A DNA stretch of 64,000 nt from an uncultured bacterium (GTDB lineage Bacteria > Acidobacteriota > HRBIN11 > JAKEFK01). A program made the translations under genes and the position numbers. The DNA is taken from contig CAVZQN010000008.1 in assembly GCA_963777505.1 (NCBI GenBank), positions 426,609 through 490,608 on the forward strand, given 5' to 3'. Shown piece after piece: positions 44,895-54,974 of this stretch; within the stretch, counting starts at the first letter, position 1, and each line of letters begins with the position of its first letter. The notes under the pieces were generated by a model. It was not told the DNA's origin. It saw nothing but the letters and a program-made list of their open reading frames with translations, and searched no databases.

Positions 44895-44981
44895 GGAGGG
44901 ATGGCCGAGTGGCTTAAGGCGGCGGTCTTGAAAACCGCTGGGGGTGCAAGCTCCCCGTGGGTTCAAATCCTACTCCCTCCG
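44895..44981 (+). tRNA. tRNA-Ser (anticodon UGA), class II with a long variable arm; CCA is not encoded
   Basis: The acceptor stem is GGAGGGA/TCCCTCC, the anticodon arm GCGGT-CTTGAAA-ACCGC gives UGA, and the T-arm is GGGTTCAAATCCTAC. Confidence 0.85.
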
Positions 44982-45030
44982 CTCATCATATTAACCTTTG
45001 CCTTCATTATTAATTCTCCAACGCTGAGCT

Positions 45031-45993
45031 CTACTCCTTCGCCTCAATTGCTTTCTCACGAATGACCTCGCGCGGATGTTTATCTTCACGAAGTCCTAAA
45101 AAGCTTGGATGGCGCAATTTGTTGTCCGGAGTCCATTCCATAAATGCGATTTGTGCCACCAGTTTTGGTTTCACCCAGTGAACATTTTTTTTAGGAAGCC
45201 CGATCCCTTTTACAAGTGGAGTTGGCCGCTCAATCGAAGATAACGTTTTGTTGAGCATTTGAAGAGTTTGAGTTGTAAAGCCAGTTCCAACTTTGCCCGC
45301 ATAGATCAATTCATTATCTGAATAATATCCAACCAACAATGCACCGAAAGCTTCGCGCACACCTTGTGGATCTGTATAGCCAACGATTACAAATTCTTGC
45401 TGAAGCGTACATTTGAATTTCAGCCAGTCCCTTGAGCGTCCCGATACGTAGACACCCTCCGCGCGTTTTGCAATGATTCCTTCCCAATTCTTACGGCACG
45501 CTTCTTCGAAGTATGCTTCACCTTTTCCAACTCTGTGATTCGTAAAACGGATCCGGTTATCATAGTTCAGAGCTTTACGAAGCATTTTCTTTCTCTCGAT
45601 CAATGGAACTTGTCTGACATCATAGCCATCCAAATAAAGCAGATCAAAAACGAAATAATAAATAGACATTCTGCGTTGCGTGCGTTGCTGCAATTTTGAA
45701 AAGCTGCTCAAACCCTTTTCCACCGCGGCGATTTCACCATCGATGATGAAGTTTGACGAAGGCTGCTTCAACAGACGATTTACAATGTCAGGATAGGCTT
45801 TGTCGAAAGAGAGTTTATTGCGTGAGAGTAAACGAATGTTATTTCCTTTACGGAAGGCAAGAGCTCTAACACCGTCGTACTTCTTTTCAAAAATCCAATT
45901 CTTGTCTGAAAATCGCTGATCTGTGAGCGTTGCAAGCATCGGGTCGGTCCAGGATGGCTGAGGCCTTCGGATTAGCAAGCTCCTCGAATTCAT
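45031..45993 (-). CDS. ATP-dependent DNA ligase (adenylation plus OB domains only; LigC-like)
   Basis: Motif I is EKKYDGVRAL, and the core ligase motifs ..IIDGEIAAV.. and ..EGIIAKRAEGVY.. are present. The ORF-table start (TTG at 46080) may be too far upstream. Confidence 0.75.
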   Translation of the reverse strand: MNSRSLLIRRPQPSWTDPMLATLTDQRFSDKNWIFEKKYDGVRALAFRKGNNIRLLSRNKLSFDKAYPDIVNRLLKQPSSNFIIDGEIAAVEKGLSSFSKLQQRTQRRMSIYYFVFDLLYLDGYDVRQVPLIERKKMLRKALNYDNRIRFTNHRVGKGEAYFEEACRKNWEGIIAKRAEGVYVSGRSRDWLKFKCTLQQEFVIVGYTDPQGVREAFGALLVGYYSDNELIYAGKVGTGFTTQTLQMLNKTLSSIERPTPLVKGIGLPKKNVHWVKPKLVAQIAFMEWTPDNKLRHPSFLGLREDKHPREVIREKAIEAKE

Positions 45994-46094
45994 AACCCAA
46001 TGTCGCACGATATTTGTAGTATTTTGAATGACTTCAAAAGAAACCGATGCCCATGTTACACTAACCATGATTTCACGCAAGGGAGACTCGAACC

Positions 46095-46862
46095 ATGAAA
46101 CATGTTTTTCGCTTTGCGGTGCTTTGCATCCTTACTTCTATAGGCTGTGATGACAATTCGACAACAAGTAATTCAGCCAAAAAATCTTCGGCTGGTACAC
46201 CCGAAATAACATCCGGCTCCTCATCCGAAACTGTATCTTCCCCGGCGGCAATTCCGGTTGCGAAATTTTCGATTACTCCGCGCAAAGGGACATTGACTAC
46301 CGATTTTGAATTCGATGCTTCGAATAGTGAGGGGACAATCACTTCCTATAAATGGGATTTTGGCGATGGTACGACAGCAAATGGAAAGACGACAGAGCAT
46401 CGGTTTCAAGACAAAGGACGCTTTCCTGTTAAATTAACCGTAAAGAACGGTTCGGGTTCCAATTCTTTAACGAGAAATGTTCGCGTGAAAGAGAAAATAG
46501 GTGGCGGTGGTGGTGGTGACGGCACAAAATGCCAATATACAAATCCGCCCCGTGACGTTTGGTTTTTTAAAGTAATCTCAAACGATCCGGTTGCAAGGAC
46601 AATTATTGCGGAATTCCAACAGCCTGTCGGATGCGACGACGTATTTTATTTATGTGGTGATGTACGCATTGGAGGCATCGAACCCGGAGAACGCGAATTC
46701 TGGATCGGAACTATATGCGAAATGTGGAGCCTTGGTAACAATCGATTCAGAATTCATTTAGTTGACGGACGTTACTGGGTAGAGAATGGTGAGTCCGGAA
46801 CGTATGTCTGGCCGCAATATGATTGCAATCCTAGCGTGGCGTGCGACAATTTTGGGTATTAG
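46095..46862 (+). CDS. lipoprotein with a PKD domain
   Basis: The lipobox is LTSIGC, the PKD motif is YKWDFGDGTTANGKTTEHRF...PVKLTVKNGSG, and there is a Gly-rich linker. Confidence 0.7.
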   Translation: MKHVFRFAVLCILTSIGCDDNSTTSNSAKKSSAGTPEITSGSSSETVSSPAAIPVAKFSITPRKGTLTTDFEFDASNSEGTITSYKWDFGDGTTANGKTTEHRFQDKGRFPVKLTVKNGSGSNSLTRNVRVKEKIGGGGGGDGTKCQYTNPPRDVWFFKVISNDPVARTIIAEFQQPVGCDDVFYLCGDVRIGGIEPGEREFWIGTICEMWSLGNNRFRIHLVDGRYWVENGESGTYVWPQYDCNPSVACDNFGY

Positions 46863-47827
46863 TTAGATACTGGCTTAGTCTGAGTTTGCGGCTGTTTCTT
46901 TACGCCGGGTTTCTGTTTTGGATGGTTCGCAAAGAACTCCCAAATCGCATCCGTTGCGGAAATTTCCTTCGTAGGCTCATCCGCCCAGAAAGCCCACTTT
47001 ACACTTCCAGGCCATGTATGCCCTTCATCTTGAATTGTAATTACGCTTACACCTGAGCCATTTGTGCATCCCTCATAGGATTCCCGCGTTATTTTTCCGC
47101 GACTCTCTTTTTTTGGTGCCTGCAAACATCGATTATGTGTGGTCCAAAATGCAACGGCATCCTTTACAGAAGTATCAGTTCTCTCATGTCTATCCACCTG
47201 ACGCTTTGGAATTCCACCATTGTAAAGTACATGCTGATCATCAGTTCCATGAAAGATAATAACGGATACCGGATGGGCTGGAGTGCAAGGCTGATAATTG
47301 AACGCTCCGGCAACAGGTCCAATTGCTGCTATCTTGTCTGATAATTCGCAGGCTACACGGTATGACATCATCGCTCCATTCGATAGCCCTGTAACAAACA
47401 CTTTTGAATCATCTATTTTCATTTCTGTTTGAATTGCTTCAATTAAACGACGAATAAAATCTGTATCATCTGAATTATCATCCTGAGCATATCCGCAACA
47501 ATTTCCGCTGTTCCATGTAAGAAAACGGCTTTCAAACCGGCCGGTGCCTGCCGGATAAACCACGATAAACTTTTCGGCATCAGCCTTCTTATTAAAATTT
47601 GTAATTCTGGCCATCCCTTCCGGTGCCCCTCCGCCCCCATGAAGAACAATCACTAGCGGAAGTGCCTCAAGGTTGTTGTAGTTTGCAGGTGTATGGATCA
47701 GATATTTTCTGGTCTTACCTGCATACTGGAGTGTTTTTTCCTGTCCAAAATTATTTTGCGATCGAACATCTGCAAGAATAAAAATTGAAAGAGTTGTGAG
47801 CAGGATTGCAATTCTTAATTGGGTCAT
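46859..47827 (-). CDS. secreted esterase of the PHB-depolymerase / LpqC alpha/beta-hydrolase family
   Basis: A signal peptide is present, HGGGG forms an oxyanion-hole-like motif, and the nucleophile elbow is GLSNGAMM. Confidence 0.7.
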   Translation of the reverse strand: MTQLRIAILLTTLSIFILADVRSQNNFGQEKTLQYAGKTRKYLIHTPANYNNLEALPLVIVLHGGGGAPEGMARITNFNKKADAEKFIVVYPAGTGRFESRFLTWNSGNCCGYAQDDNSDDTDFIRRLIEAIQTEMKIDDSKVFVTGLSNGAMMSYRVACELSDKIAAIGPVAGAFNYQPCTPAHPVSVIIFHGTDDQHVLYNGGIPKRQVDRHERTDTSVKDAVAFWTTHNRCLQAPKKESRGKITRESYEGCTNGSGVSVITIQDEGHTWPGSVKWAFWADEPTKEISATDAIWEFFANHPKQKPGVKKQPQTQTKPVSN

Positions 47828-47881
47828 CTTTGGACCATATATAGTATGACCCAAAATAATTACAGAAGTTACACCTAAAGC

Positions 47882-48529
47882 TTATGCAAAGAGGTCATTC
47901 GCAAGGGCATAGCGAACAAGCTCTGCTTCATTTCGAAATCCTAATTTATCTACGAGACGGCTCCGGTAGGTTTTAACTGTGTTTGGGCTTAGTCCCAGTG
48001 ATTCTGAAATCTCGACAGTGCTTCTGCCCTTTGCTAGATGTATCAACACTTCTTTTTCACGGCTGGACAATGATCGCTGTGAGTACTTTCCTTTTGAAAG
48101 CAAACTTTGGTATTGCTCTTTCCAGTCATCTTCACCATAAATCTGCCCTAAGTTAACGTGCCGAATCGCACGAAAGAGCTGCTCAGGCTCACAATCTTTT
48201 TGAATGAATCCCTGGGCTCCTGCAGAAAAGCACTGTGCTGCATATTGTGTCCCGGAATGAACAGTCAGGACAATGATGCGGGGTTTTTCCGGAAACTTTT
48301 TTCTTACATCAGAAAGAATTTCCAACGAACTGCGTTCACGAAACGCCAGATCCAACAGTAATATGTCAACCGGAAGCGATCGGGACAACGTTACTATGAC
48401 TTGATCGAGTTCACCAGTTTCGGCAACCAGTTCTAGATCTGGCGCGCGCAAAAAGACTTGCTTTAATCCTTCCCGGATTAATACATGATCGTCTGCAATC
48501 ATAATGCGGATCTGTTTCTTTTCGGCCAT
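47882..48529 (-). CDS. NarL/FixJ family response regulator (REC plus LuxR-type helix-turn-helix)
   Basis: The receiver domain shows IRIMIADDH...LLDL, and the LuxR helix-turn-helix is LSSREKEVLIHLAKGRSTVEISESLGLSPNTVKTYRSRL. Confidence 0.85.
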   Translation of the reverse strand: MAEKKQIRIMIADDHVLIREGLKQVFLRAPDLELVAETGELDQVIVTLSRSLPVDILLLDLAFRERSSLEILSDVRKKFPEKPRIIVLTVHSGTQYAAQCFSAGAQGFIQKDCEPEQLFRAIRHVNLGQIYGEDDWKEQYQSLLSKGKYSQRSLSSREKEVLIHLAKGRSTVEISESLGLSPNTVKTYRSRLVDKLGFRNEAELVRYALANDLFA

Positions 48530-48595
48530 AACATAAAACGTGATGATCTAGCTTCGGTTATCGATTTTTAGATGCTACGAAGTTAACCAATCGGA

Positions 48596-49222
48596 TCAAA
48601 TATTTTTTGTCGTTGTAAGCTTTTCCCAGAATTGATCCACTTCGCGTTCAGCATCTATTCGCTGCATTGAATAACGTTCCTGCAAACGCTGAATCAAATT
48701 TTCACGATCCCCAAAGACTCCTTCAAGATCATCTTCAATTAGACGACCCCACCGATTTCTTAAGGCGGTTTTAAATTCACGCCAGCTTTGCGGGTATGAG
48801 GGCTTGGAAATATCAGCTACAACCTGGCCTGTTTTTTCAGGATCTTTTAATCGCAGAGCAATATCGCTTTGAGATACAACTCCGACGATTCCATTATCAT
48901 CAGCGATGACTGGAATTCTGCGTATTTGATGAGACTTCATCGAATCAAGAACTTCTTCGAGATTGTCTGCTTCACAACATGTAATCACATTGCGGGTCAT
49001 GACTTCTTCTACTTTTGTTTTTCGTGGTTGAAGTCCTTGACCAACAACTAGCAACGCTAAATCTCTATCTGTTACAACACCAAGCAAATGGGGCGATCGT
49101 TCATCATCGACTACTGGAATCATTCCAACATCCTGTATTCTCATGAGCCGTGCAGCAATATCAACAGTATCTTGTGGTAAACAACATGCTGGGTCGGGAG
49201 TCATGACTTGGCTTACTTTCAT
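48596..49222 (-). CDS. CBS-pair domain protein with a C-terminal CsbD-like stress domain
   Basis: Two CBS motifs are followed by ..WREFKTALRNRWGRLIEDDLEGVFGDRENLIQRLQERYSMQRIDAEREVDQFWEK, which has the CsbD pattern. The RBS ggagg precedes the ATG at 49222. Confidence 0.7.
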   Translation of the reverse strand: MKVSQVMTPDPACCLPQDTVDIAARLMRIQDVGMIPVVDDERSPHLLGVVTDRDLALLVVGQGLQPRKTKVEEVMTRNVITCCEADNLEEVLDSMKSHQIRRIPVIADDNGIVGVVSQSDIALRLKDPEKTGQVVADISKPSYPQSWREFKTALRNRWGRLIEDDLEGVFGDRENLIQRLQERYSMQRIDAEREVDQFWEKLTTTKNI

Positions 49223-49546
49223 AAAACCTCCAAATAATTTCTTTCCTGAATTGAACTTAGGGCTCACGCCTCATTCCACCACCACAGATTTCATTTGTTC
49301 TCTGTAGCCATCAAGCGACACACCACTTTATTTGTCATTTGAATGTTCGCTTAATCTTCGTCACATGCTTTGTAGAACGTTGTGCTACAGAAATGAAATA
49401 TTTTCCCGACTTTAGAACGACATGATCTGCGATACTGCCAAAACTTATTGAACCGTACCTTAACAAATGATCATTTGATCATTGCTTTACTGGCTAGACT
49501 GCCACTCGCAGTCGAAGCAAGGATCTTAAAAATTGGAGGATCAATA

Positions 49547-50197
49547 ATGAAAAAATTAATGGGATCGTGCATTTTTGTACTTTGTTTAGCTCTTTCTGCA
49601 TTCGCAGGATGCAGTGACAATGATTCAAGGGCGGAATCAAAGGATACGCCCGCAATTGGAGCTGATGCCAAGCGTGGTGATATTGAAATTACCACAGAAA
49701 TAAAAGCCAAAGTAACCGACGACGAACTGTTAGATGGCACGGATGTTTCTGTTGATACGAACAACGGTGTTGTGAATCTAACCGGTAGTGTACACAATGA
49801 ACCGCAAGTACAGCGTGCGGTCGAACTTGCGAAAAATACAACCGGCGTTCTTTCAGTAAATAATCAATTAAGAATTGAGGCAGACAAACCGATAGGCGAA
49901 AGTCTTAAGGAGCAGTCGAAAGAAACCGGCAAAGATATAAAAGAAACAACCGAAAATATCGCTAGCGACACAAAAGAAGCAGTGGGTGATGCGCGTATTA
50001 CTTCAGAAGCAAAACTGAAGTTCGCTGCAGATGATACGGTTAAAGCACTCAACATCGATGTGGACACCAATAATGGCGTTGTGACGCTTCGCGGAACTGT
50101 GAATTCCAAAGCGGAATTAAATCAGGCAGTCAGCTTGGCGAAATCGGTCGATGGAGTGAAAAAAGTAATTTCTGAACTAGAGATCGTTAATCAATAA
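49547..50197 (+). CDS. BON-domain (OsmY-like) lipoprotein with two BON domains
   Basis: The lipobox is FAGC, and two BON-like units of the form ..V.VD..NGVV.L.G.V.... are present. The RBS ggagga precedes the ATG at 49547. Confidence 0.7.
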   Translation: MKKLMGSCIFVLCLALSAFAGCSDNDSRAESKDTPAIGADAKRGDIEITTEIKAKVTDDELLDGTDVSVDTNNGVVNLTGSVHNEPQVQRAVELAKNTTGVLSVNNQLRIEADKPIGESLKEQSKETGKDIKETTENIASDTKEAVGDARITSEAKLKFAADDTVKALNIDVDTNNGVVTLRGTVNSKAELNQAVSLAKSVDGVKKVISELEIVNQ

Positions 50198-50282
50198 ATA
50201 GAAGCGGCGGAGTGCGAGGAGTGCAGCCCTTGCATTGCTGCCAAGGGGGATCGTGCGGATATTCCGCACGATTCCTTGTTTT

Positions 50283-51101
50283 TTATAGTGCTGTAGTTCT
50301 ACCTTCCAGAAATTCACCAAGATTATCAGTTCGGAATTGAAGTCCAATATAAAACGGGCCAAATTCAGCATAAACGGCGCTTGCTTCATCGAAGCGCATT
50401 TCATAAATCAGTTTCTTAAAAGTCAAAGGATCATCCGCAAAAAGATCCACTCCCCATTCCCAATCATCAAATCCAATTGAACCGGAAATGATTTGCGTTA
50501 CGCGTCCGGAATAATGGCGGCCTATAATTCCGTGCTCAATCATCATTTCACTTCTTCGTTGAAAGGCCTCGCTGTACCAGTTTTTTTCTTCTCCGCGCTT
50601 TTTATTCATCGGATAAAAACAAACATATCGGCGCGGTGGAATTTCTGGAAATAGACGGGCATTCATTCGATTGCGCTGCTGAGACAATTCTTCTTCAAAT
50701 GCTTGATCGAATTCTGAACTTCCTGGTTTTAAGGATCGTTCCCCAAGCTGTTGGTGTATTTTTGCAGTCATCTCGTACAATCCAAGTTCCACTATCGAGA
50801 CGTAGGAAGTTGTCATCGTGAGAAATTGATTGAGTTTCGTGCGTGCAAAATTCAACTGGCATTGACCAAGTTCATCGAATGTTTTCCGAAAATAGATAAC
50901 CATGAGATCTGCTTTATGTCCCAAAACTTGAACAAGAGCTGTGCGACCTTCAGACGAATCTTGCAATACTCGTTTCGTTTCGTCGGCTATTTCAGAACGC
51001 ATTTGGGGCGAGAGCTGCTGTAGATTTTGCCAATCAATGCGATACATATGATGCAATACACTCCAGCCTTCAAGTGTTTCAGGGACAAATGGATTATGCA
51101 T
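50283..51101 (-). CDS. hemQ: chlorite dismutase family protein, HemQ/ChdC-type coproheme decarboxylase
   Basis: The motifs GWSVLHHMYRIDW, ADLMVIYF, YVSIVELG, RRYVCFYPMNKKR, HGIIGRHYSGRVTQIISGSIGFDDWEWGVDLFADD and MRFDEASAVYAEFGPF match characterised Firmicute HemQ. Confidence 0.8.
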   Translation of the reverse strand: MHNPFVPETLEGWSVLHHMYRIDWQNLQQLSPQMRSEIADETKRVLQDSSEGRTALVQVLGHKADLMVIYFRKTFDELGQCQLNFARTKLNQFLTMTTSYVSIVELGLYEMTAKIHQQLGERSLKPGSSEFDQAFEEELSQQRNRMNARLFPEIPPRRYVCFYPMNKKRGEEKNWYSEAFQRRSEMMIEHGIIGRHYSGRVTQIISGSIGFDDWEWGVDLFADDPLTFKKLIYEMRFDEASAVYAEFGPFYIGLQFRTDNLGEFLEGRTTAL

Positions 51102-51141
51102 GTTCTCATTATAACCTTGGACCAGGACCTTGGCGGTTGAG

Positions 51142-53880
51142 CTAATTACGCTTTTTTACTAATTCATCCAATTCAGAAATAAATTCCGAAATTGAAGCAA
51201 ACCGTTTCGTACGTTCAGGCTCAAGAGCTTTGAAAATCAATTCATCAAGCATTTCTGGCTTTTCATAAATCGGCAAAAGCTCCACCAGCTGTTTTGGTTT
51301 TTGTGAGATATGTTTGACAAGATAACCCTGAGGGGTGGGAGAACTGAATGGGTTTTTTCCAGTAAGCATGTAATAAAAAGTGATACCGAGCGAATATATG
51401 TCGGATCTGGCATCGAGAACTTCATGCTCTTTTAGAAACCCGCATTGTTCCGGGCTTGCATACTGAGGCTTTCCAAGGAATAAATTTGCGCGTGTATGTG
51501 TACCTTCTCGCGCTGATTTCGCGATTCCGAAATCAATTACTTTGATAACTTCTTGTCCCGCTGGATCATGAACAATCATCAAATTATCGGGTGAAATATC
51601 GCGATGTATGATTCCTTTTTCATGAGCAATATTTAAACCTGTTGCCGCATCTCGAACAATTCTGATTGCCTCGCTAACACCAATTCTGCCCATGCGCTGA
51701 ACTCGTTGTTTGGCGCTTTCTCCTTCGATCCACTCAAGCACCATAAATAATTGGTTTCCATCAAGAGAACCGAATTCGAACAATTGCACAAGATGTGGAT
51801 TATGAAGATCAGCCAAAATCCGGGCTTCCTGTATGAAGCGTTCACTGAAAAAAGCATCAGCAAGTTCTGTTTGAATGATTTTAATAGCGCGTTGTTTATT
51901 CAGATAGATATGCTGGGCGCGATATACCATGCTCATTCCGCCCTTTCCAACCATTTCAAGAATGTCGTATTCACGCAGACGTTTTCCAACGAGCGATTCT
52001 TCTTTGGGTGCTTCAGAAGTTTCCTCACCCGGTGAAGGTGAAGTCGGTTGAGTCGGTATATGGGTTTCAGTTGATTCTGGAACAGGAGTCGTTTCAGGAT
52101 TTTTTATTTTTTGCAGTTTTTCGAAAACATCCTTGTAGTTCATTTGAACTAGCATGATCCTTTCATATAATTCCTGGGCTTTTTCTTTATTGCCCAATTT
52201 CTCATACACTCCGGCTAAGCGGTAATGAAGATCGACATTCCCCTTCGTTAATGCTTCGCTACCGATTACTTGATTAAACTTCTGCAAAGCCAGAGATTCC
52301 ATTCCTTGTTTCGCAAAATATTCACCAAGCATCAAACAGGCTTCACGATATTCCGGTTCCTCATCAGTAATCTGTTGAAGAATCAGTGCAGCTTCTTCCA
52401 ATTTACCCTGTCTACCCATGGTGAGGGCTGCGCGATTTTTTTCACCGCTCTTCAGGTAGCATTCTGTTGCTTGATCCAGCATCCCTGCGCTTTCATAGTA
52501 CGCGGCCGCTTCAGCATGAAACCCCGCTTTCTCATACAAGGTCGCAGCTCTTGCAGGCTCACTGATTGTTGAATAAATGTCTGCTGCCTTCATGAAATTA
52601 CCGGTTTCTTCATATAACAGTGCAGCTTTATACATATTGGTAGAAAGCTCATAAGCTTCAGCGGCGCGATCGGGCCGATTCGAGGCAACGAATAAATCAC
52701 CTGCCTCAGAGTATCGTTTCGTATGAAAGCAAATATCTGCAAGCATAGCCGGATCTACATCAGGTGCACCGGGCGAAGTCAGCAATTCATATGCTTTGTC
52801 GTAATATTGCGCGCGATAGTATAACTCCCCAGCTTTGGCACTATTGTTGGTTAACATGAAACACTCCGCAGCTTTTGCGAAGCTTTCTCCTTGTTCGAAA
52901 CACCACGCCGCTTTTGAATAATCCTTCAGTCGGTAATAAACGTTTCCGGCAGCAACTCCATATTTCTTCATGTTAACGCGCTGATCTTCTTGTGATTCAT
53001 TCGGCGATCGTTCATTGATGGCTCGCATCAACAGCTTGAAATAAATTTCAGCTGCCTTATCAAACTTTTTCGTGCGTACAAGATACGATGCAGCTTTGTC
53101 GGGATAGCCCGATTTCAGTGCAAGATCAGCTGCGCGTTCAATGTCCCCTGATTTTTCGGCCATCTGAACAGCCTTTGGAATGTTTTCCGCTCTTTCAAAA
53201 AGAAGGCTCGCATTTTTATAATCTTCTGCCTTAACGTACATCTCGGCAGCTTTGGCTAAATTTCCTAACTGCGAGAGAGCTTCAGCACATTTAGCGTAAT
53301 TGGAGGCATCTTCAAAACACTTCGCGGATTTATCGTATTGCTTTAACCGGAAATACAGACTTCCCGCATTGTTTCCATACTTTTTTATTGCGTTGTGTAC
53401 ACTTTCAAGAAATTCTCCTTTTGTTCTTTCACGAACATGTTTGATCAGGAGTTTTTCGTAGATTTCGGCGGCGCGTTCATAGTTCTGAACCTGGTTGTAG
53501 TATTGTCCCGCTTTATCCAATTGATTCGCTTGCTCAGCCATCATCGCTGCTCTGGCGAAGTCGTTTGACTTTACTGCCATATCGGCAGCACGCGCGAAAT
53601 CTCCGGATTTCTCAAAAGTGAGACTTGCGTTTCTGAAGTCTTCTACACGGAGGTATAAAGTGGCCGCCTTGTCGAAGATGCTGGCTTGCGCATAATATTG
53701 GGCGGCTCGTCGTATATCGTCATTTTTCTCGAGCAGACGGGCTGCGACTGCATAGTGGCCACCTGTTGTATAACTATCGATGGCCGACTGAACATCGCCA
53801 GCCAGAGCGTAATAATCTCCGGCTTTTTGATAATCCCCCTCGTTTAGAGCCTTTCGAGCCTCTTTAAAATAGTCTGGCAT
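51142..53880 (-). CDS. Ser/Thr protein kinase with a long N-terminal repeat region (about 13-residue ..DF.RAA.MA.KS. units followed by TPRs)
   Basis: The C-terminal kinase domain shows VGKGGMSMVYRA, AIK, HRDISPDNLMI and DFGIAKS. The N-terminal 560 aa are repetitive. Confidence 0.8.
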   Translation of the reverse strand: MPDYFKEARKALNEGDYQKAGDYYALAGDVQSAIDSYTTGGHYAVAARLLEKNDDIRRAAQYYAQASIFDKAATLYLRVEDFRNASLTFEKSGDFARAADMAVKSNDFARAAMMAEQANQLDKAGQYYNQVQNYERAAEIYEKLLIKHVRERTKGEFLESVHNAIKKYGNNAGSLYFRLKQYDKSAKCFEDASNYAKCAEALSQLGNLAKAAEMYVKAEDYKNASLLFERAENIPKAVQMAEKSGDIERAADLALKSGYPDKAASYLVRTKKFDKAAEIYFKLLMRAINERSPNESQEDQRVNMKKYGVAAGNVYYRLKDYSKAAWCFEQGESFAKAAECFMLTNNSAKAGELYYRAQYYDKAYELLTSPGAPDVDPAMLADICFHTKRYSEAGDLFVASNRPDRAAEAYELSTNMYKAALLYEETGNFMKAADIYSTISEPARAATLYEKAGFHAEAAAYYESAGMLDQATECYLKSGEKNRAALTMGRQGKLEEAALILQQITDEEPEYREACLMLGEYFAKQGMESLALQKFNQVIGSEALTKGNVDLHYRLAGVYEKLGNKEKAQELYERIMLVQMNYKDVFEKLQKIKNPETTPVPESTETHIPTQPTSPSPGEETSEAPKEESLVGKRLREYDILEMVGKGGMSMVYRAQHIYLNKQRAIKIIQTELADAFFSERFIQEARILADLHNPHLVQLFEFGSLDGNQLFMVLEWIEGESAKQRVQRMGRIGVSEAIRIVRDAATGLNIAHEKGIIHRDISPDNLMIVHDPAGQEVIKVIDFGIAKSAREGTHTRANLFLGKPQYASPEQCGFLKEHEVLDARSDIYSLGITFYYMLTGKNPFSSPTPQGYLVKHISQKPKQLVELLPIYEKPEMLDELIFKALEPERTKRFASISEFISELDELVKKRN

Positions 53881-54050
53881 TGCTAGCTAACCTGAGTATG
53901 ATACCAGACATTCCTCCCCCATGGCACCCGATTAAATCACGATTCGGCAATGACACAGATTCTGAGGAATAGGATGACGAAGGGGTGCAGGGGAGAAAAG
54001 AAGCCGATAACATAATGGCGTAATTATCATTATGGGCTAAGCTTAATTTT

Positions 54051-54974
54051 ATGGCACCGAAGACTGAACTTCAGATAGATGGACGAGCCCTCATGGTTTC
54101 AAACCTGGATAAGGTTTTGTTCCCTGATGGATTCACAAAAGGTCAAGTAATCGATTATTACATCCGAATCTCTCCTGTACTTCTTCCGCACCTGAAGGAT
54201 AGACCCCTTACGATGATCCGTTTTCCAGACGGAGTCAAAGCAATGCATTTTTATGAAAAAGATGCACCAAAACATACACCGGATTGGATTAAACGAGCGC
54301 CGGTCGAACGAAGAGGTGGTGGCAAACCAATTCATTATCTGTTGATTAATGATCTTCCCTCTTTAGTTTGGTCAGCCAATCTTGCAAATCTTGAAATGCA
54401 TACACTGCTTGCACGTGCGCCGCGAATTGATCAGCCAACGATGGTTGTTTTTGATCTGGATCCAGGACCGCCTGCAACTGCAATTGAATGTTGCCAGGTG
54501 GCATTCTGGTTAAAAGAAATTTTTGATGGTTTAAAGCTAAAAAGCTTCGCAAAATTCTCAGGCTCAAAAGGAATACAGGTTTACGTTCCATTAAACACAT
54601 CAGTCACCTATGAAAAGACTTCATCATTTGCGAAAGCCATTGCAGACTTCTTGCATGAAAGTCATCCTGAAGTTGTCGTATCAGAAATGGCGAAAAAAGT
54701 CCGAGGTGGAAAAGTTTTTATTGATTGGAGTCAAAATACGGATTCGAAAACCACTGTTTGTGTGTATGCATTACGCACTAAACATGACAGCCCTTATGTT
54801 TCAGTTCCGTTTTCATGGGATGAGTTAGAAAAGCTATTTAAGAAAGGTGATGCAAATAATTTTTTGATCGGGCCTGACAAAGTACTCGAACGCATTGATC
54901 GTTTTGGAGATTTGTTTGGACCGTTAAACACGCTCAAACAGAAACATTCCGCCAGATTATTTGAAAAAAATTGA
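54051..54974 (+). CDS. ligD: NHEJ LigD polymerase/primase domain; probably the N-terminal part of a single Pol-PE-Lig ligD disrupted at the A7 run at 54964-54970
   Basis: The LigD polymerase-domain motifs are NLDKVLFPDGFTKGQVIDYY, HLKDRPLTMIRFPDGV and FYEKDAP. Confidence 0.8.
   Translation: MAPKTELQIDGRALMVSNLDKVLFPDGFTKGQVIDYYIRISPVLLPHLKDRPLTMIRFPDGVKAMHFYEKDAPKHTPDWIKRAPVERRGGGKPIHYLLINDLPSLVWSANLANLEMHTLLARAPRIDQPTMVVFDLDPGPPATAIECCQVAFWLKEIFDGLKLKSFAKFSGSKGIQVYVPLNTSVTYEKTSSFAKAIADFLHESHPEVVVSEMAKKVRGGKVFIDWSQNTDSKTTVCVYALRTKHDSPYVSVPFSWDELEKLFKKGDANNFLIGPDKVLERIDRFGDLFGPLNTLKQKHSARLFEKN

Noticed and set aside
45031-46080. tRNA-Ser(UGA)-adjacent genomic island starting with the DNA ligase
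   Set aside because: No integrase is present and no duplicated tRNA 3' end was found downstream. The genes are housekeeping or stress-type and show no compositional shift.
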